DNA of 64,000 bases. It comes from Phoronis australis. Taxonomy: Eukaryota > Animalia > Phoronida. The position numbers and the translations under genes were made by a program. The stretch spans positions 319,625 to 383,624 of the forward strand of contig NMRA01000353.1 of the NCBI GenBank assembly GCA_002633005.1, given 5' to 3'. The notes beneath the pieces are model-generated. The model did not search any database and had not been told where the DNA came from. It saw nothing but the letters and a program-made list of their open reading frames with translations. Numbering within the stretch: position 1 is the stretch's first letter; the number at the start of each line of letters is the position of its first letter. Below, piece after piece: positions 39,592 through 51,905 of the stretch.

Positions 39592-39595
39592 TTAA

Positions 39596-40349
39596 GCCTT
39601 TTAAAAGCCTGATAAAAACACTTCTGTCCCCGATCCCCAAGTTATTATTTAACCACAAAGGTTGAATCTAAAAGTCTTCTTCACTCGCAACGATTATTTA
39701 CTTACAGAAAGATGTCATACTTTCAAATACGTCGCGCCAATAGGAATTATCAAATAGAGTTAATTTCGAATTAATAAAGCCTTCTCCAAATGAAGCAAGA
39801 TTCTTTAAAAACGGGTAGAGTGAGTACAGAAACTGATCACTTTTAGATGTAGAGCTTTCAAGATATCTTTAAAGCTTTGCTGAAAATATGACTTTTTGTA
39901 TATTAACCATTTGAAGTCCCCCTTGGTCTAGTCCTAAACATGCCGTAGTTTGTTTAATATTATTATTACAAGCCTGCCATACAAATCTAACGAATATCGT
40001 ATTTAATTCATCCAAAAGCTTTACTGGTGGATTTGGTAAACTTGACAACAAAAAAAGTTTAGAAATTGCTAACGTTTTAAATACAGTTACTCTACCAAAC
40101 GGTGTCAAATTTCGTCGACTCTAACTTTTTAATAAAGAATTAATCTTAGTCACTCTTGAAGTGAAGCTCTCGTGCGTCATATTGTCCAATTGAGTGTCAA
40201 AATCCACTCCCAAAAAGCTTAAAAGATTTGTTATCCAAGACAGCCTTGTTTGTAGGGATCACGTCATCACTACCAGTTTTACTTCCAAACCATATGGCTT
40301 TTGTTTTATCCACATTCACTGGGAGACCGGAGACACCAGCAAACAAATG
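39596..40349 (-). mobile_element. Tx1/L1-like LINE middle piece (inverted)
   Basis: HLFAGVSGLPVNVDKTKAIWFGS...LTPFGRVTVFKTLAISKL...QGGLQMVNI...QPLWLNNNLGIGDRSVF. Confidence 0.85.
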
Positions 40350-40352
40350 TAG

Positions 40353-40815
40353 TAGGTTATAGTCCCAGCTCTTCTATCTTTCACCTCTGTGGCTACTTTC
40401 GGGGGAGCAATGGTAACTTTGCATTAAACCCATTTACAGATGTTCAAAAGTCAATTTCAAGAAAGTTCCCAAGAATACATTTGCACGTTTTGTAAGAAAT
40501 TTAATTTTAAAAAATAGAATCAACTAATATGTTAGCCACCAGGTGTCAGCGCAAAATAATCAAAACAGCCAATTAAGTGCCAGGAAAATATTGTGTCCGT
40601 ACCTTTCCCATTCCTAAGTTGTCTGCTTCATGAAAGCATTCGAGGACAGCCAACATATCCTGCTGGCTTGGCTAACTTGTGTACAGCTACTGTCCACATT
40701 GAAAAGAATTAATTCTTGGATGGTTGTGCAATTATCAAGGGCCAAGACTCCTACATGTAAACCAGCAGGCAGCAGTGATTAATTGAAGAAAGCCAAATCA
40801 AGTGTCAAATTGTCC
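40353..40815. mobile_element. Other terminus of the second Academ-type element (displaced by inversion)
   Basis: TAGGTTATAGTCC plus shared subterminal motifs TCAC(C/T)TCTGTGGCTACTTT, AAAGTTCCCA and TTGCACGTTTT with 32890-33065; adjacent TAG is the reverse complement of the CTA target duplication. Confidence 0.75.
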
Positions 40816-40819
40816 TCAT

Positions 40820-41605
40820 ACCGTCGGAGGTCCTAAAGTCGTGAGTGCCCTAAAGTCGTGAACGATCTTATTTCCGCTTCATCCCGCGACATCTAGCGTT
40901 GAAGTTTCCAGCGTTCGTCTGCTTACGAACGTCAAACAAATACCCAGGCGTGTTGATATTCACATCATGAAAATAAACAGTGAGTGGGTGGCTTCGTTTT
41001 ACAAATGTATCTTAAAAGACCATATTTCACTAATCCACTTTTTGTGCATTTTCAGAATATACTTTCGAAACTAAACATCCTTGATGTAACACACGCTCCA
41101 AGGGTGGTTTGAACAATGTATCAAAATGTCCCTGGGCCGATTAAGTTTTGTAAGGCTAAAGCAATAAAATACATAGAGATGCTGGGTTCTTGGCGTTTTA
41201 CGTAAACAACCTCATTGAAAACGTCTGTGCACATCGAAGTTGAGTGCAAAATACATAACAATTTTATTTTAATTGAAACTGAATTCATAAACAATGCAAT
41301 GCGTTTTTATGTCGTCTAGAGTTACTGTAAGCACTGTAGTTGGTTTGTGTGGTATTGTTTCGTGCATTTCCGTGTTTACGAAACGGTTACGACTTCAAGG
41401 CCTCAGGCAAAATGGCCGGCGATATCAGCGACCGTTTCAAAACTCTGCTTACGGAGACAAACAAGGGTTAAGATTGGCAAAACACGTATATTTGTGAAGG
41501 CCGATATATGTCCATGACATCACATGAGCAGTTGCTAACGAACATTGGGTAGCCTGACAATCAGCTGTTTTTTATGCTTATATTCAAGACTTTAGGTCAT
41601 CGGTG
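40820..41605. mobile_element. Mariner/pogo-like MITE
   Basis: TACCGTCGGAGGTCCTAAAGTC...GACTTTAGGTCATCGGT imperfect inverted ends. Confidence 0.5.
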
Positions 41606-42129
41606 TCTACTGATACAATTCTTGGTATGTTAGCAATTTGAGTCAGCTGGGACAAAGCTAAAACCATGAACTTTAGAATGAGTGTGCTACTTCACAATAG
41701 ACTGGCAAGATGTCTGCCCCATTGACATCTTAAAATACTATTGACCGGGCGCACGCGCAACTACAGCTGACAACTTGACGCGTCATTGGAGAGTGCTACT
41801 AGTAACGTGACACGGCTAATTGCCGTGTTAACAAACGGGGTAAATTGTCCTTTTCAAAGCATGATATCTTAAAAATAAAGATGCCAAAGAGTGTGACTTT
41901 TTCCAGAAATATACAAAAACGTGATGTAGCACTTACATGAGTTTTTTAAGAGTTAAACATTCGATAGGGAAAATATCAAACTATTAGAAGATCGCAACCA
42001 GTGGCAGATTCTCGAGTGGCCTGAGCGGCTGCACTCCTGTCAATCCACTGCGAGCGTTATATGTTTTCGTCTTTTTTCAAAAGAAACCACTAAAATCGCG
42101 CAAATTTATCATTTAATCCGTGTCGCTCA

Positions 42130-42355
42130 TTTTATGATCGACATATGTCCCGGTAATGATACGTGCGTCTCAAGCTCGTTACCAGAGATGAAAAGGAGAT
42201 CGAGGTAGGCGATATAAAGTCATTTATTATGACGAATAGAGTTACAAGTAAATATAGTCAATACAGATAATAAAAATAAAGAATTGACGATCTCTGGTAA
42301 GATGGGCAATAAAAAAGCGCCACAAGAGATGTTGTAAGACAGCTCATGCCCACAT
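42130..42355 (-). repeat. Solo copy of the Ngaro-type terminal repeat
   Basis: Matches 59143-59370 and 58612-58802. Confidence 0.8.
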
Positions 42356-42982
42356 CCAGGAGACGGGGCGCTCACTCGGGATGTACTTTCGTGATGCCCC
42401 AATAAGCCTTTTCGCTGAGTGTTGAACAATGACCCCCGCGTAACTTTGTTAAATTAAAATATGACCCGGGTCTCTTTTAATGGAGTCTAAATTTAATGTG
42501 AACTATTGTGAAAAATGACCTCATTGAGGTCATTTAATAAATGACAGCTTTTTAAAGTTCATTAGGGCGTTCTCCCGTTCAGTACAGAGGTTGTGATTGT
42601 GTGATAATCTAGCTCCTTTGTTAACTGCCGAGCTTAGTCTTTTGTCTGGTAGGACCAGATGCAGATAAATTATCTACCAGGCTTGTAATCGTTCACATGT
42701 GAACACAGTCAAGTTCAGTACGTTGGTACGTTCGGACAGAATAGATTGTTTTAAATTCGGTTGTAGTTGGGCGATTTTGGTGATTCAAAAACTATAAGCT
42801 TGATCAGTATTTGATGGGCAATTCAGAAATGTCATTGGTTTATGTTCAAACATTTTATAACTTAACTTATTTTTAACAGCAGAGCCCAGTGAGGATATAA
42901 GATACGATCTTATCGGAGATTAGAGCAATTATTGAACAAAAGAGAGCTGACCCTCCAACCCTAACGGCCAGAATGGACTTAA

Positions 42983-43600
42983 GATTTGTCAGAGATCTGT
43001 ATACCTCTGATGGCGATTTCGTTAGTTTAGACCATATGATAAATGGGTTCGACGTAAAAACCAACTTTGTGGAATATAATGGTGTTGTTTCTATTCTAAG
43101 GTTTCAAAAAAGTCTATTGCAAAGTAAATTTAGAAGTGTTAATGTCTATTCTCCGTGCATGCCTTTAGCAATTACTCACTTACGGAAAGATGTGAAGGGT
43201 TGTAGACATATTTTTTATATCTCTAACGACATTAAGAAACCTTCCAAGTCAGCGTGTAAATGGGAAATAGAGTTAGGAGATTGTTTAGATTGGAAGAAAA
43301 CATACGCATTGCCTTTATGAAATTACAAAGGATCCCAACATTAGACGGTTCCTCATTCAGCTTCCCAACTATTTCTTTTACAAACGTGTTATTCTTGGAC
43401 TTTATGAGACACATAGTTTTTTATTTAACATTTTCTTATTACTATATCCAAACAATACATTTACAAAAAGAGATGTCACAAAAATATACCTAATATTCAC
43501 AAGTCTGTTACTTATGAGTATAATGTTGAAAAATTAATTGCATATAAAATTTTGTGAAGGACAACTTCTCTGGGAAATGGGAAAATTTTATTCTTCACGT
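42983..43600 (+). mobile_element. Tx1/L1-like LINE 3' piece
   Basis: RFVRDLYTSDGDFVS...KTNFVEYNGVVS...KDVKGCRHIFY...KWEIELG. Confidence 0.8.
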
Positions 43601-43696
43601 TAACCCCCTGTAGCAGTTGTTTACTTTATACACGATACGAGAATTGATTCTTCTGAAGTGTACATGCGATATCATGAACAGGGTGATATGTCTTAA

Positions 43697-45292
43697 AGGA
43701 GAATGCACCCGATTTAATTAGTTTTTGTTACCTTCTTAATCGGTCTATATCCACCTTACCTCGTATACAGTCGATCTCACCTCGCCGAGAGGTGTCGCGT
43801 GAGGAAGGTGAGTACATGACGAAGCGACGTCAGTGGTTCTTCAGCGAAGTGTGTGTCTGTATGGTGTGATGTATCGTTCCCGCTTGTGCGAATCATGAAG
43901 CTGCGAAAAAATGGGTACCGGTACATAATTTTTTTCGATTTCCTCAAGAACCTGAAATGTTTCGGAAGTCGTTCCCAGCAGTAAAGAACGAAAGGTACGC
44001 CGTTAATATCAAGTATTAGGACGTGAAATACCTCCGTGTCTTTGGCCGGGATTTTTTGTTCGATTAAAATGAATTATTTTCCCCCTAACCAATGTTTATA
44101 TAAAATTGAAACAAAGTTTCAAAGTCGGTCTCAGGAGATACAATTTGTAATTCCTCAGGAGTGCTCGTCAGTGCCAATGTTTTGAGAAGTAACAATGAAT
44201 AAATCATACTGCGGTACCGCCGGGTGAACGCATGCTCGTAATTCAGTGTTTGCTGACAGAAAGCTGTTGTGAAATTATAACTCTGTTTTAAACGATATGG
44301 TCAGATGTTAGAGGAATATTTATATAACCATGTATATGTATATTTGTATATACATTCATCTATTTTCAACATTTAAGGCCTTGGCCCACATGTTACATAA
44401 AATTTACAGGATAACGCTCAGCAGCTTTTCCCTGAGGGCAGTGGCGTGAAATAAAAATTTCATTTGATTAATCTGAGCAATGGGCTCCTACATTGTATAC
44501 GTATATAATATATACATTATTCAAATCATTGTTATTGAACACCTTTTCCCTGTACGGTTCTGCGGAAGGGAAATTTGGCTTCGAGATCCCCCACGAGTAA
44601 GATTTGCAATTTCGCAGCCAATTCAGCAAAATATTCACGTACACATTATTTCTTTGGTTCATTAGTCTAGTTTTTTCGTGACAGAGAGTTTAGTTTCCAA
44701 CTTTCACAGCCGACTAACCCAGTTGGATTATGTTCGTAATGTCTCCAGTCCAGCCGCGACCGGCCCTATCGGATTACGAGCCACTGGATTATAACGAGCG
44801 TTTTGTGTGTGTTTAGAACAAAAACAAATCGCAAGTCTGAAATTACAACACACGGCTATGCTCTCTTGTCTGTATTTCACGGGAGAATAATTCTAACTTA
44901 TCACCGAACAGACTCCAAACTTCCCGCGACCGACCTCGGTAAGTTTTGGCTTATCGAACTTTGTAAGCTACGTACGTTTAAAATTTAGATAAATCCGTTA
45001 CAGCGAAATGAAACGACTCATTTGTTTAAAAATTTAATGTCTTTGTAAGACTTTTACTTCGAATTTTGATAATTTATTGGTGTAAAACAATTAATTCAAG
45101 CGATAAAGTGGCACCAGTAAGCGTCTTGTGAACTGCTGAGCAGACTGTGTTAGAACCTGTGATATCATTGAATAATTTCAGCACCTCCGTCTGACGTCTG
45201 GTGTCAGTATAAAGAACTGAACTTGCTGTTATCGGGTGGAACTACCCGATCTAAATTGATATAAATTACGTTGTTTTTGGTGCCATTCTCCT
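43697..45292 (+). mobile_element. Kolobok-like THAP element, copy 2 (opposite orientation, more decayed)
   Basis: TTAA|AGGAGAATGC...CATTCTCCT|GTAA; collinear with the reverse complement of 21350-23210; THAP remnant at ~43861-44065. Confidence 0.82.
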
Positions 45293-45591
45293 GTAACTTC
45301 GTCCCTAACAATTTATTTATTAACCACTGTTCATTACGAGAGATCGTTGAAAGCACAGTAACCTGCTGCGCCATTCACAACAGAAATGAATGGGAGTACA
45401 GTCAGCGGGTTGTTCCTAAACTATAACTAGAACCGGCCTGAATGTGAATTTTCGCTTGCAAAAATGATAGTTCATTATTCCTAGGCACCATTGTCGAACC
45501 ATAAATTGTCACGTCGTGGCAAGTCAACTTCCACATTTAGAGCCTGGTCTCAAGCAGGGACGAAATGTCAGCTCTGTCAAAGCTGCTTCCC

Positions 45592-45718
45592 GTTCAGTAA
45601 CGCTAGGACCTCGCTAAAAAGCAAGATTTAGCGAGATTACGAGAGATATTGCCGTGTATTTTTAATTAGAACAAGTGACTTTGGTTAGATTTTAGCTAGA
45701 TCCTAGCGTTACTGAACG
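45592..45718. mobile_element. ~135-bp MITE, copy 3
   Basis: GTTCAGTAACGCTAGGA...TCCTAGCGTTACTGAAC. Confidence 0.8.
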
Positions 45719-46102
45719 CACGCCCGGTCTCAAGCAGGGACGAAGTGCCAGCTCTATCAAAGCACTGAAATGGCCTCTGAGTGGACTGGGGAACAATTTT
45801 CGAGCACTCTCATAACGTCAAATGGTCTAAAGCAAAAGCTGATTTTTGTGGTGGAAGGCTGGCTTATAACCACATTAAATTCAGAGTTTATATGAAAGGG
45901 CCCGGAGTCATTTGTCACCGCTGAAAAACGACCATACGTCATTTTTCTGGCCGGGGTCAATATTAACTACGATAACACTTATTCTTATCATATTGCAAAC
46001 TATAAAGCAACAGAGCTAAAAAGGTGTGGTTGACTTTTTAGCCTCTGCAATTGTTTGAAATTTGGCTTGTGGATGATTGTTTTATTTCATTGTCTGTTGC
46101 AG

Positions 46103-46298
46103 AAGCAAACTATTCCTTCTTAAATGGGATCACTTCACTGTACAGAAATAAGACACGGAACAATTACAACCTCATGTCTTCATTTCGACCAAAACCGAGT
46201 CCACCGAGGAGTCCGTGCTCGTATTTACTTAGTGTCGGAACTTATAACGCAAACCAATGGCAACCCGAAAAGTGTCGTATGTACTTCTATACAAAACA
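46103..46298 (+). CDS. CASD1: CASD1-like exon (stem plus CSYLLSVG...WQPEKCRMYFY)
   Basis: tgtctgttgcag acceptor, CA|gtaagt donor. PCSYLLSVGTYNANQWQPEKCRMYFY resembles the CASD1 N-terminal motif SCxYLLSxG...WQPxSCMMHxY as I recall it. Confidence 0.82.
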
Positions 46299-47072
46299 GT
46301 AAGTGTAACTTTACTGTCTGTGCAACGGTATCCAACAACTAGCGGAGAGTTTCCATTATTGCAACACTAAGGGAAACTAGTTCCACACTCTTACTAAATA
46401 ATTTCAGGGCACTGAAACCTAATCTGTCTTCAGTGCTCATAAGCTAATAATCATGTCACACTCAGTTTATTTATTGTTTTAGAATCGTTCTTTTAGTGAC
46501 AGTGACTGGGATACGAATCAAATACCGCAAACGTGGCCTAACTTGCACCTCGGGTATATTATCATAATAAAAAATGACGCCCAGAAATCCATTGTTTAGC
46601 GGAAATCGGGTGCTGCAATATATTTAACCGGTACGGAATCAGTTACTCTACTCTGTAGCTTGACCCGAAATCGCATACCAGATATTGAATAGCCTTCATA
46701 CAGCTAGCTGGCTGGCTAGGCCCCGGGATGAATCAACGTCACAGGGAAGAAAAACAAAAGGTTGTGAGTATACACAGGTTGATCTGTTGACCGAATATGT
46801 ACTCTCACTGCCAATTACCTATATATTTTGGTGCCTCAGTGACGTCACGAAAAACAACGCTCGCAATGGGGCTTTACGGAACTATTAAATTTTTATTTTT
46901 CAAGGTCAAGTCAAGACAATTTATTTATAGTCGATTTAGTTAAAACAAGAGAATACACTAGCCACAGGCTAGTATACCAACAAATAAATACAATACGTTA
47001 TAAAATAAATAAATAAATATGAAATTAAAACAAATATATAAAAAACTATATACAAGATTAACAAGATTATAC

Positions 47073-47750
47073 TACCGGAGTTTTCCGTAGATAAGCCCAC
47101 CCGATGAAACGCCCTTGTGCGTTTATTCGGAAAATTATTTGGTGTTGCAGCTTGTGGTGTCAAGCGTCCAGATAGTGAAGCCTTTATTCTGAAAATTTCT
47201 TCTAAAAGCTCACTTACCGTCAACTTTTAGTCACAATTCATTCAGGAACCCAGGCTTAGTATACGCCGTCTGTGCGACCGCAGTGTCTATAACACTGCAT
47301 GATGGGGCCGGGGTTTTCCGTTGATAAGCCCATCCGATGAAACTTCCATGGGCGTTTATTCGAAAAATTATGCCAAATAAACGCCCATGGGCGCTTATTT
47401 GGGGTTATAACTTGTGGTGTCAAGTGTCCAGACAGCGTCACGTACTGGTTTGGAAATTTTCCTCTTAAAAGTCCACTCAGCGTCAACTTTTTGTCACAAA
47501 TTCAGTTTTGTGGAGCATTTATCATTTATAAAAAGGAACAAGGCGTTGGCGAACTATGCATTTATCAACCAAAAATTTTAATTTTAAGTAAAAGAGTGTC
47601 AAGTCAAGCAAAGCTATGGCTTTCCGTTTACTGACACGCTCCCTTTTCCGAATAAACGCCCGGGCGTTTATTTGGTGTTCCTAAAACGCCTGAATTTTTT
47701 CATTTTCCGAATACACGCTCATGGGCTTACCTACGGAAATTCCCGGTACC
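47073..47750. repeat. Cluster of pogo/Tigger-like MITE fragments
   Basis: Repeated GATAAGCCCA.CCGATGAAAC...GGGCGTTTATTCG units; another at ~54815-54930. Confidence 0.6.
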
Positions 47751-49869
47751 AGCCTGCAATCGGGGGTAAAATAATCGACAGCGCTCCTTACCGTTAATAA
47801 AATCAAAATACGGATAATTGTATCGAAATTGCTGACGAAATGTGGCGAATAAATTTTGACAGAAATTATTTTGCCGTGCTCGGGGCTCGTAGCCGATCGG
47901 ACCCCGTGCGGACCGAGACAAGACATTGGCGAACGGTAAAGGCAAGCGGTTGCAAGCTGTTTAGCCGAAGTAAAAGGTTCAAATCACAAAGGCCGTATAC
48001 ATGTACAAAGGTAATTGCAGACACTTGCATAAAATTACGGGCTGGTTAGTCCTGTGTCACACTGCCGCGGCAGCCCTTAGGTTAGCTAGCCTGAAGATCG
48101 ACTATCGTCACAATACAGCTCGTTAGTATACAGCTTTGCGCCTCATTTGACTAATCAAGTTTGAGTTCAGTTTGAACCCTGGAAAGGTCAACATGGTTCT
48201 TGAAAAATGACTGAATTCACTTTTTTGTTCCTCAATGGAGAAGGTGAGATAAAGTGAAAAATTTGATGGGAATGGATTAGGATATTATTAGAATGGATTA
48301 GGATATTATTAGTAATTGTGACATTGAGTGTACACTTTCAGGATTTTTCCAGGTAGAGAGACCGATGAGACATTCACTTAAAAAATACATTTTTTCATAC
48401 TTATATCAAAAAAATAAATAAATGAAAGTGTGCGCTTAAGGCATAATTTTTTAGCAAACAGTCTGATATCAGTGGCGGATTTAGAGCGGTCAAGGCCCCC
48501 CTAAAATTCTCCCTAAAATTCTCCCATACTCCATTTGGCAGTTCGGGGGTGAGAATGTCTGAAGTGCAAAATCCAGGCTAATACTCTGCCTTGCCCTCCC
48601 CCCTAACTCCTGGATCCGCCCCTGGATATACATATCATTAAAATAGGTTCAGTAACAGCTATTGAGCAGCTGAAAGTTTATCCCCTTCTATATCTTATAG
48701 TACAAGTCACAAGAATTTACCGGAGAGTGAAAAATTTGTGAAGTGGTCGCAGTACTTCTATTTTTAAAAATATTCGTTGATGCCCCCATTTGTTGACACG
48801 GATATCAATAGAAAGAAGAACGTTTAAATAATTCGCTGGCATACTTTTCATTTTCCACCACTTTGCATGCTAATAAGCTTCTGAAGATCATGAAAAATGG
48901 CAAAATTGCGCTCTTGCTGAGTTTTGGCCATATTAGTTTACTCTGACTCATGTATTGTAGGCGTAGTGACGAATGAGAAATTACTACATTTAGGTCGAGC
49001 CACAATTCCTACAAAATCACAAAATTCAAACTACATTTCATCGTAAACGACTGAGAATTCAACTTAATGAAAAGAATTATCCAAGTAACTCAACCTTTTT
49101 GTAACTTGATGAGCTCATTATCCACTTCCCGTATCTGTTTAGACTGACTGTCAGAGTAATTAATCATGGCGACCACATTAATTAGTTTTGGCCACCAACA
49201 TTATGTTTATAGTGCATGCTAGTAGCTGTGTAGCCTCAGTCACGCTTTGTACATCATACTGTTCAGTTCATTTAATAAATACTTATATCTATATAGAAAC
49301 AAGTCTCTTTGCCTTCGTCTTGATAGTACACAAAATATTACACTTTTCATTGATACAAACTCCTCGATTCTTGTGTTGAACTGTGCCAGCATTCGGGCCG
49401 ATCAACAAAAACTTGTCAAGTTAGTTCCGACTCGTTTCGTAGCAATAATCCGACTTGAATGGCTCACATGCGCGACTTAGTTTGCATTAAACACAACAAA
49501 TTAGTTTCAAACTCAAAAACTTGCTTGACGTGCGCGAAATAAAAATCAAAGTTTACCTTCGTTATTATGCTTAGCCATGAGACCGGAAGTTTTGAATCCT
49601 GCTCACGTTCTTTTGCGTTAGGCCGCGAGACTTCACGGAGTCGCGAATCTCTTAACGAGTATCTATGATGTGACCGAACACCCGCCACACAGCAACCGAC
49701 CATAATTAGCAGACGACGTACTTGCCGGAAATAACACCAGATAATTTGGCCAGGTGGCGCTAGTGAATAATGACGTAACGGCTTGTGCGAAAGAGTACAG
49801 AGTTCGTCCATTGAAAGAATACGAAGTTGGCGGTCCATGTACTATAGTCTATGGTCCCATCCACAATAA

Positions 49870-50180
49870 CAAGAGTTCATGTTTTGCAAACTGTAATGCG
49901 CGGATTTCATGTTTATCGTGGAAGCTGGAGCCCCATAGAGGGTGAAGTGCTTGGAGTGGAGCATGACGAACTATACCCACTTGATCGGTACAGCATGAAA
50001 GTAGTCAAAGACGGACTTACGGTTGGGCACATACCAAAACAAGAGAACTGGCCCGAATTTGTTATTTTTTTCACAATACGAGGTGGGAGTAATCAAGCCG
50101 AAGTTCATAGGTTTTCTGCTGAGTAACCTTGCGTATGATCATCTTTGCCAAAAGGAGGTCTGGAAGTGTCATGCAATTCG
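49870..50180 (+). pseudogene. HIRAN-like domain remnant, probably transposon cargo
   Basis: VMRGFHVYRGSWSPIEGEVL...DRYSMKV...TVGHIPK...GGLEVSC, intronless, with frameshifts. Confidence 0.65.
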
Positions 50181-51159
50181 TGTCCCGCTGGGCAGATATT
50201 GCAAGACATATTAAGAGGCTGTTACACAATTAACGTTCTTAACAGGTATCAACGTATTCACAACAGTCCTTTTAAGGACTATCAATCCACCCAGAAGGGC
50301 TGTTCACTTACAAAAATACATATCGCGCTTCATGATGGTATTTGCGTAGCCAAATTTATGACTTTCCGTTTCCACGCCCCCCTTTCTAAGGTACATGACG
50401 TCATACCACCTGGCGCGCGCAGTGGTGTGGTCACTGTCTAGCATTCAATGTTGACTACATGGACGTGTCAGATTCCCGCCCACACCAAATCAGCGACATG
50501 CACGTGTATAATTTATCTTTCTGTCAATGTGATTGGACCAGGCTCGTCTGGAGGTAAACATATTGAAGAGAGAGGGGCTAACTAAGCCATGGAAATGAAA
50601 AGAAAAAAGCAAGCCAGTTAACTGGCCATTTTCAACCCAAAGGAAGCAAATTATCCGAGGATACTGGTTTCTAAACATTACTCGCTGCGCTTTAAAATGG
50701 ATCAGGAGGGTGGCCTTTCCCAAAGGGGTGGCGAACGCCCTGGCTGCAGGCATGATTAGCATGGAGATGATAAGGGAGTCACGGGATTCACCTGAATGTG
50801 GGTATTTCTATGGTGAGATTCCTTGCTTCATTTGCGACACCTAATACAAGTAATTCTCGAGTTCGCTATTGACTTATTTTATTTTACAAGGGCTGCGGAA
50901 ACTGGAAAAAGGCTTCGACTGCCACTCTTACAACACTGTGTGGACCAGATTTTTCTGAAACTTGTCCATAGAATGTCGTTAATATTTACGTAACGAACTC
51001 AGTATTTTGATATCAAGAAGAAAAGCCCATCGAAACAGCTATTAAAACATTCTTGTAAACACCCATATAATGTTGTAAACGAAAACGCAAGTTTGGAATA
51101 GTTGCACAAATTCAGCATTTCGAGTAACGCCGACGTATTTGATCTCTTTCCGTCCCCAG

Positions 51160-51340
51160 ACGCTTGAATGCATGTATGAGACAGCGGAGAACACTGTTTG
51201 GCCACACCCATGTGGTGTTTGCTGGAGATTCCCGTGTTCAAGAGACCTTCTATGCGATGGCGTCTATGTTAAGAGACCAAGAAAGGAAAAAGCATCACTC
51301 TAACTCCAGACTTGATGTTAACGCCCTCGGACTCGTTGTG
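51160..51340 (+). CDS. CASD1: CASD1-like exon with catalytic GDS motif (RLNACMRQRRTLFGHTHVVFAGDSRVQETFY...LGLVV)
   Basis: ctctttccgtccccag acceptor, phase 2 matches the previous exon, GTG|gtaaga donor. HVVFAGDSRV matches the HxxFxGDSR SGNH/PC-esterase motif of CASD1. Downstream exons were not found in the window. Confidence 0.85.
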
Positions 51341-51905
51341 GTAAGAAATACGTGCTGACGTGTTCATGTAGGCCATCAATTAAAAATGGTTAAAGGAAGA
51401 GTTATGTTTCAACATATCTTTCTCCATTGGAACAAGACGAGGAATCCCAGACCAAAACGTCAACCAACTTGTCAGTCTGGAAATCATTCTAAATGAATTT
51501 TGTTCGCTGAAAATGACAACATCCTTGCATGCGCTTTAGTTGACGTACACAATTTACATATAATACACAATGTTAACGTGCCTTCTACCCTCATTGTAAG
51601 CTTCGAGTCAGTTTTACTGCTTGGTGATTTTATGGTTGATGGATAATTCTCATATTATATTAGACAATTTCGGAAGACACGTGGCTAATTTTTTTATTAA
51701 TTTAGGTCATGGTTAACATTATTGCCAAAATACAACGGTAAAATTCTTTTCATACTAACACAGCCACAGCATCCCAAAACGTCAGAGTTAACAAAATTTC
51801 TTCAAAAATAGTGATTTATTATAGCCATATCTTCTTAAAGCCGTTAGACTGTCTGACTCTTTTTCACTTTAGGATAATGATACATTTCTGTCTCACAGCC
51901 ACATT

